NCBI GenBank assembly: GCA_048013815.1
Contig: CM106586.1
Span: 7,564,001-7,628,000 of the forward strand
Length of the DNA: 64,000 nt
Direction of reading: 5' to 3'
Source of the DNA: Setoptus koraiensis
Taxonomy: Eukaryota > Animalia > Arthropoda
In this document: in pieces, positions 59,831 to 64,000 of the stretch
Layout: every line of letters begins with the position of its first letter
Numbering within the stretch: the stretch's first letter is position 1
Position numbers and translations under genes: made by a program
Notes under the pieces: generated by a model
Databases searched by the model: none
What the model was told of the DNA's origin: nothing
What the model saw: only the letters and a program-made list of their open reading frames with translations

Positions 59831-62800
59831 TATTCACGGCTGGCGCAGTTTGGAATTCGGCCGAAAGCGGGCGACCGTCCTCCATTTGCACTTCGGTGCA
59901 CTTGACTCCGTTTCTGCGCACCGCCCGACATCTCGACGGCGCGCCTCTCACGGGGGCACCCACGGAATGACCGTTGACCGGTCGCCCGCGATTGTCAGCG
60001 CGGCTCACATACTCGCCCGAGATTGGTGGCGGCGACCGGCCATTTGTGAGAACAGTTTGCACACTTTTCGCACGTCTCCACCGGGTGCGTCGAGCTCGCT
60101 TGTCGTTCGCGGCTCGCTTGTTGCATTTGTCGGCCCGATCGGCCGCGAATCCGGCAAGCGAGCCGACAAACGATCGGGCGCACCGCCGGTCGTCGCGTCT
60201 CGCCGGCCCGTTGCCCGGCGGCCCGACAATTGCGCCTGACGCCGCGGAACTGTTCCGCTCGAGCTGACCGAATTGCGCGCCGAGCGGTCGGGCGTGTTCG
60301 GGACGCAGCTGGAGCCGCTCCGTTGCGGCGGTTGCCGGCAACCTGTTGCATCGGTGTGCGTATTTGGCGATCGTCCGGCACGATTGCTGGCTCGCCGTCA
60401 TTGTTGCGAGCCATTGAACGCATGAATACTTGATTGCGATAACAATGCAATATCATGCGGCATGCCTCGCAGTGCGACCTGTCAGAATGTTGAGCGGTCG
60501 CCGCGGCCGAAATCTGGCCGAAATTCACAACATTTTCACAACATGCTGTAAATCATTTCGGGCCGCTGTTTGGCGTAAATCGAGGCGGAAAAGCAATCAA
60601 ATCGGCGCGGCGTCGAGTTGCCGCAGTCGGGATGCCGCGGAGTCCGGCGAGCGCCGAGAGGAGCCAACGGTCGGCGCACAACAATGGCCAACGAGCGGCC
60701 AGTTCTTGACAATTTTGCACGAACCGCCTCTGTCCGTCCGGAATGCGAACATTCCAGATATCTCTATAATACCGAATAATACGCTGTCTATGTGAAGAGA
60801 TTGGATCTGTCCGCGGCGCGGCCAGTGTCGGGCAATGGCAAATTTGTCGGTCAGCGGCAATGCAAAGTTTGCGGCCGGCGATGCAAAAATTGCGCCATTC
60901 TCTCAGCAGCTCCAGCTCAGCGCATTGAGCTGGAGCTGAATCAAATTGAGACACTCAATTTGAGAGAGAAAAGCGGACAAACAATGTGAAGGCCAATCGA
61001 AATTATCTGTCCGAGGGGCAATTCGACGATTTGTTTGCTGCGGCGGGGGCAGCGGTCAAATATTGACACACATGACAGAGGCGCGGAAATTGGATTGTTT
61101 GTTGAATGGGACGACGACTGTCGGATGTTGGCCGCGCGACGAGCCACAAACGGCCGACCGCTCACAAACTGACCAATCGAGCGCTCGTTGCCGCTCCGTT
61201 GCGACCGGTCAGTTTGGTCCGATTGCCGCCTTGATCTTGCCGTTGGCCGCGGCTGGACGCAACTGGCCGCTGCCCGTTGGCGCATTGCAGCCGGCGCTGG
61301 CCGCAACGAGACTCGCCGTCTGATATGCGCGCGGCGTGGAAGAGCCGCGCAAGAGCGGGCCGGCCAACGGGCGAGCCGGCGAAAAGAAGCCAAACAATGG
61401 ATGCACACAAACGGGCGCACAATTGCGCCGATCGAGTCATTGTTGAAATGTTTGCCGAGTCGCTCGATGTCGGTCGCCGCTGACGAAGGCCGCTGCGAGC
61501 GGCCGAACGGTGCGCTCGAATGCGCCACCAATTGGCCGCATGTTTGTGTTTGCATTCGGCGAGTGTGTCAGTTTGTTGCAAATCGCGGCGCCGTTTGCGT
61601 GGGTGTCGCGCCGGCCAAGTTGCGGGCCGCTTGGCGGCCGCGGCCGCGGCGAGCGGCCACGGGACCGGGACCGGGCAGCAAGCGGCCGCTCTATCGCGAC
61701 GCACAAGTTGCCAGCCAGAAATGCGCCATGTGGCCAGCGAGCAAGTGGGAGCCGGCCCACCGTTCAAGGACACTTGTTGTTGCTCGCCGCCGGTTGCGTA
61801 ATAGCGCCGATCGCGTAATGACGCTTGTTGCGCAATGGCGCTCGTCGCTGGCAGTAACGGCCCTCGTGGGTCGTTATTATGCAACACACACAGTGTCAAT
61901 ATGGGACGACAATGGTAAGTCACCGACGGTTGTTGCGAGCAACAAGCGGCCAACAATTGCGCTGTTAGCCCATTTAACGCTCGCTTCATTTGGCTCTCTC
62001 TCTCTCCCGCTCTCTCGCTCGCTGGCAAACTGGCAAGACCGCTCCGGCAAGATCTGCTCTGCTTTTTGCAGTCTGCCAAAGCGATCTCGCCAGAGCGATC
62101 TCGCCGGCGCGGCCTTGCCACAGCAAGCGTGATCGAGATGCGGCACAATGGCGGCCAAGTGCATGCCAAGCGCAAGTACGCAGAGAGATGCGATTGTTTG
62201 ACAAGCTGCTGCGGCGGCGGCGTAGCAAATTGTTTGCCGATGTTTGTCGAGTCGCTGCTGCTGCCAACAGAAACAAACAAACGAGCTTGTGTAAGTTACA
62301 TAATGTAACGACTATGCACAGTCGTTACGTAAGCTCGGCAAACAAAAACGCCTGACAACGCACTCATGCGTCGATACGGCTCATTTGTCTTGGCATCGAT
62401 TGTGTCGGCGCTGCCTGGCTCGGCCACTAATGAATAGAGGCCGCCACTTATGCGACCATTGCCAGCCGCTCATGTGACGCTTTTTGGCTGTGAGACACTT
62501 TTGGCCGCCTTTTGCATCTTTGTCTCTCTCGCCGCTGCCAAGACGGCGCTGGCGAGACGGCGCTGGCGAGATGCATGTGGCTGCGAGTGTGCCGGCCGGC
62601 GCTCATTTCAATGTTGAGCGTGAGTGAAAAAGAAGCCGAAGTGAATTCGAAAGAAGCCGGCAGAAGCCGAGAGAAGCCGAGAGAATGGTTCGCTGGCCCA
62701 GAATGTCGGACTGGAGTGTATATTTAGAATGTGAGTGGCCGTCGGCGGGCGACACTTTCCTGCTCGAATTGTTTTGACTCTTGTTTAGTCGCTCGCGCCC

Positions 62801-63840
62801 ACTCCAATTGAGAGATTGTCGAGGTCGCGCCAAGCGAACTCGTTACAGCCCGGCAATCGGTTTAGTGCGACCAATTGCGATCGATCGGACAAAAGCGGCC
62901 CGAACGAAAAGAGGATGCTACTCACTTTTTGAAGTATCGCTTCATTGTTGGCCACTGTTGTTGCTGCGCTTGTTGCTGCTGTTGACGGTGATGTTGTTGC
63001 TGTTGCTGTTGCTGCAAATGTAGTTGCTGTTGCTGCTCTTGCTGCAAATGTAGTTGTTGCTGTTGTAGTTGTTGCTGTTGTAGTTGCTGTTGTTGTTGCT
63101 GGTGGTGGCGATCTTGGCCGTCGAAGGCCGCCGCCTCTCTGACTGGATGCTCGTCGGCGTCTCCCATTCTCGCTGTTGTTGTCTTGTTGTTGTCACTGAT
63201 GCTCGCTAATTATTATTGTTGTCGTTCGTTCAGCATCCAACTGACTCACTGATTGTGTTTATTGCTGCCAACTGCTGATGATCAATTAGCATCGCTCATT
63301 TGTTGCCCGGCTCGGCTGGTGTCGGCTGATCCGGCACGGCAAGTCGCTGGTCGCTGGTCGCTTGTCAGTTGAGCTGCCAATGTCGCGTTGTCTTTGTTTG
63401 CAATTGCTAATTGATTAATTAATCACTAATTATGTCGTCGTTGTTGAGTCACAGTTTTGTCGTTGTTGTGTTGCAGTGGGCCGAGGCACGCCAATTGGCA
63501 ACGGCTCGTTGAGACGCTAGTCGACAATTGGGGCTGCTTATTGATAATTGCGGCTGCTGATTGGTGCGTCTGAGGCGTCGTCTGGCGGCCACTTGTTGTC
63601 GATGCACGGAAATTGTCGTTGTTTGATGCTGATATGACACGGTCGGCCGTGCAAACGAACTGCAAACAGATTTTGCGACTGGCGGATTTTGCGACTAGCA
63701 GATTTTGCAGATTGGGGCGCTTCGTCGCATTGTTCGGCTGTGTCAATAGCTTGCGATCGTTCACTTGCGCTGATGAATCACCGATAGCGTCGCGTTGCAT
63801 TCATATCGGCAGTCGGATGTTTCTATTTCTGTCGCTGTTT

Positions 63841-63950
63841 GTCGTGATTTGTCGCGATTCGTCGTGATTTACTATGATTTATTGTGATTTATTGTGATTT
63901 ATTGTGACTTGCTGTGACTTGCTGTGACTCGCTGTGACTTGTTGTGACTC
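63841..63950. repeat. Degenerate 10-bp tandem array, 11 units (GTCGTGATTT to ATTGTGATTT to GCTGTGACTT)
   Basis: Read directly; the units change stepwise along the array. Confidence 0.9.
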
Positions 63951-64000
63951 GTTGCCTGCGAGCTAGTAACAGCAGTTGCACAAATGGCTGAGATTTGTTT

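Noticed and set aside
60725-60783. Candidate upstream exon (RIIRYYRDIWNVRIPDGQR) that is phase-compatible with the 29886-30004 exon
   Set aside because: Weak donor (GTTCGT), only 8/19 GC3 compared with 37/39 in the partner exon, and one-in-three phase compatibility arises by chance.
23400-64000. Hundreds of 60-414 aa ORFs in the track (e.g. 33192-34436, 61162-62280, 61188-62132)
   Set aside because: They overlap on all frames, are R/A/P-rich as expected for GC-rich DNA, run through microsatellites and show no domain or consistent codon bias.
1-64000. tRNA, rRNA, transposase/reverse transcriptase, horizontally acquired bacterial genes
   Set aside because: No diagnostic motifs seen; all recognisable genes are eukaryotic types.

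Overview
This is eukaryotic (animal) nuclear DNA, not prokaryotic or phage DNA. I found no rRNA, tRNA, CRISPR array, transposase or operon. The window has two regimes. (1) About 8.6-23.1 kb is an AT-richer, very compact gene island: a BRWD3/PHIP-type WD40 gene, a SAT1/SAT2-type GNAT acetyltransferase, TFIIA small subunit, mitochondrial ribosomal protein S25 (one 69-nt intron), an intronless 890-aa valyl-tRNA synthetase, a single-pass membrane ORF and a 1378-aa low-complexity ORF. (2) About 0-8.5 kb and 23.4-64 kb are GC/CpG-rich, almost non-coding stretches full of microsatellites and short degenerate tandem arrays, with a few isolated exons. Near-intronless, strongly diverged and shortened housekeeping genes suggest a streamlined arthropod genome such as an eriophyoid mite; this is inference, not checked. 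The most notable observations are: domain loss in BRWD3-like and ValRS; altered motifs in the GNAT; a lone 119-nt exon with 37/39 GC-ending codons in the 40-kb desert that could splice into the giant ORF; heavy enrichment of bZIP-type palindromes (TTGCGCAA, TTACGTAA and relatives) and of CAGGTGAG in the desert; and many tandem arrays with exactly 10-bp period. Protein family calls come from remembered motifs, and motif counts were made by eye and are minimums.
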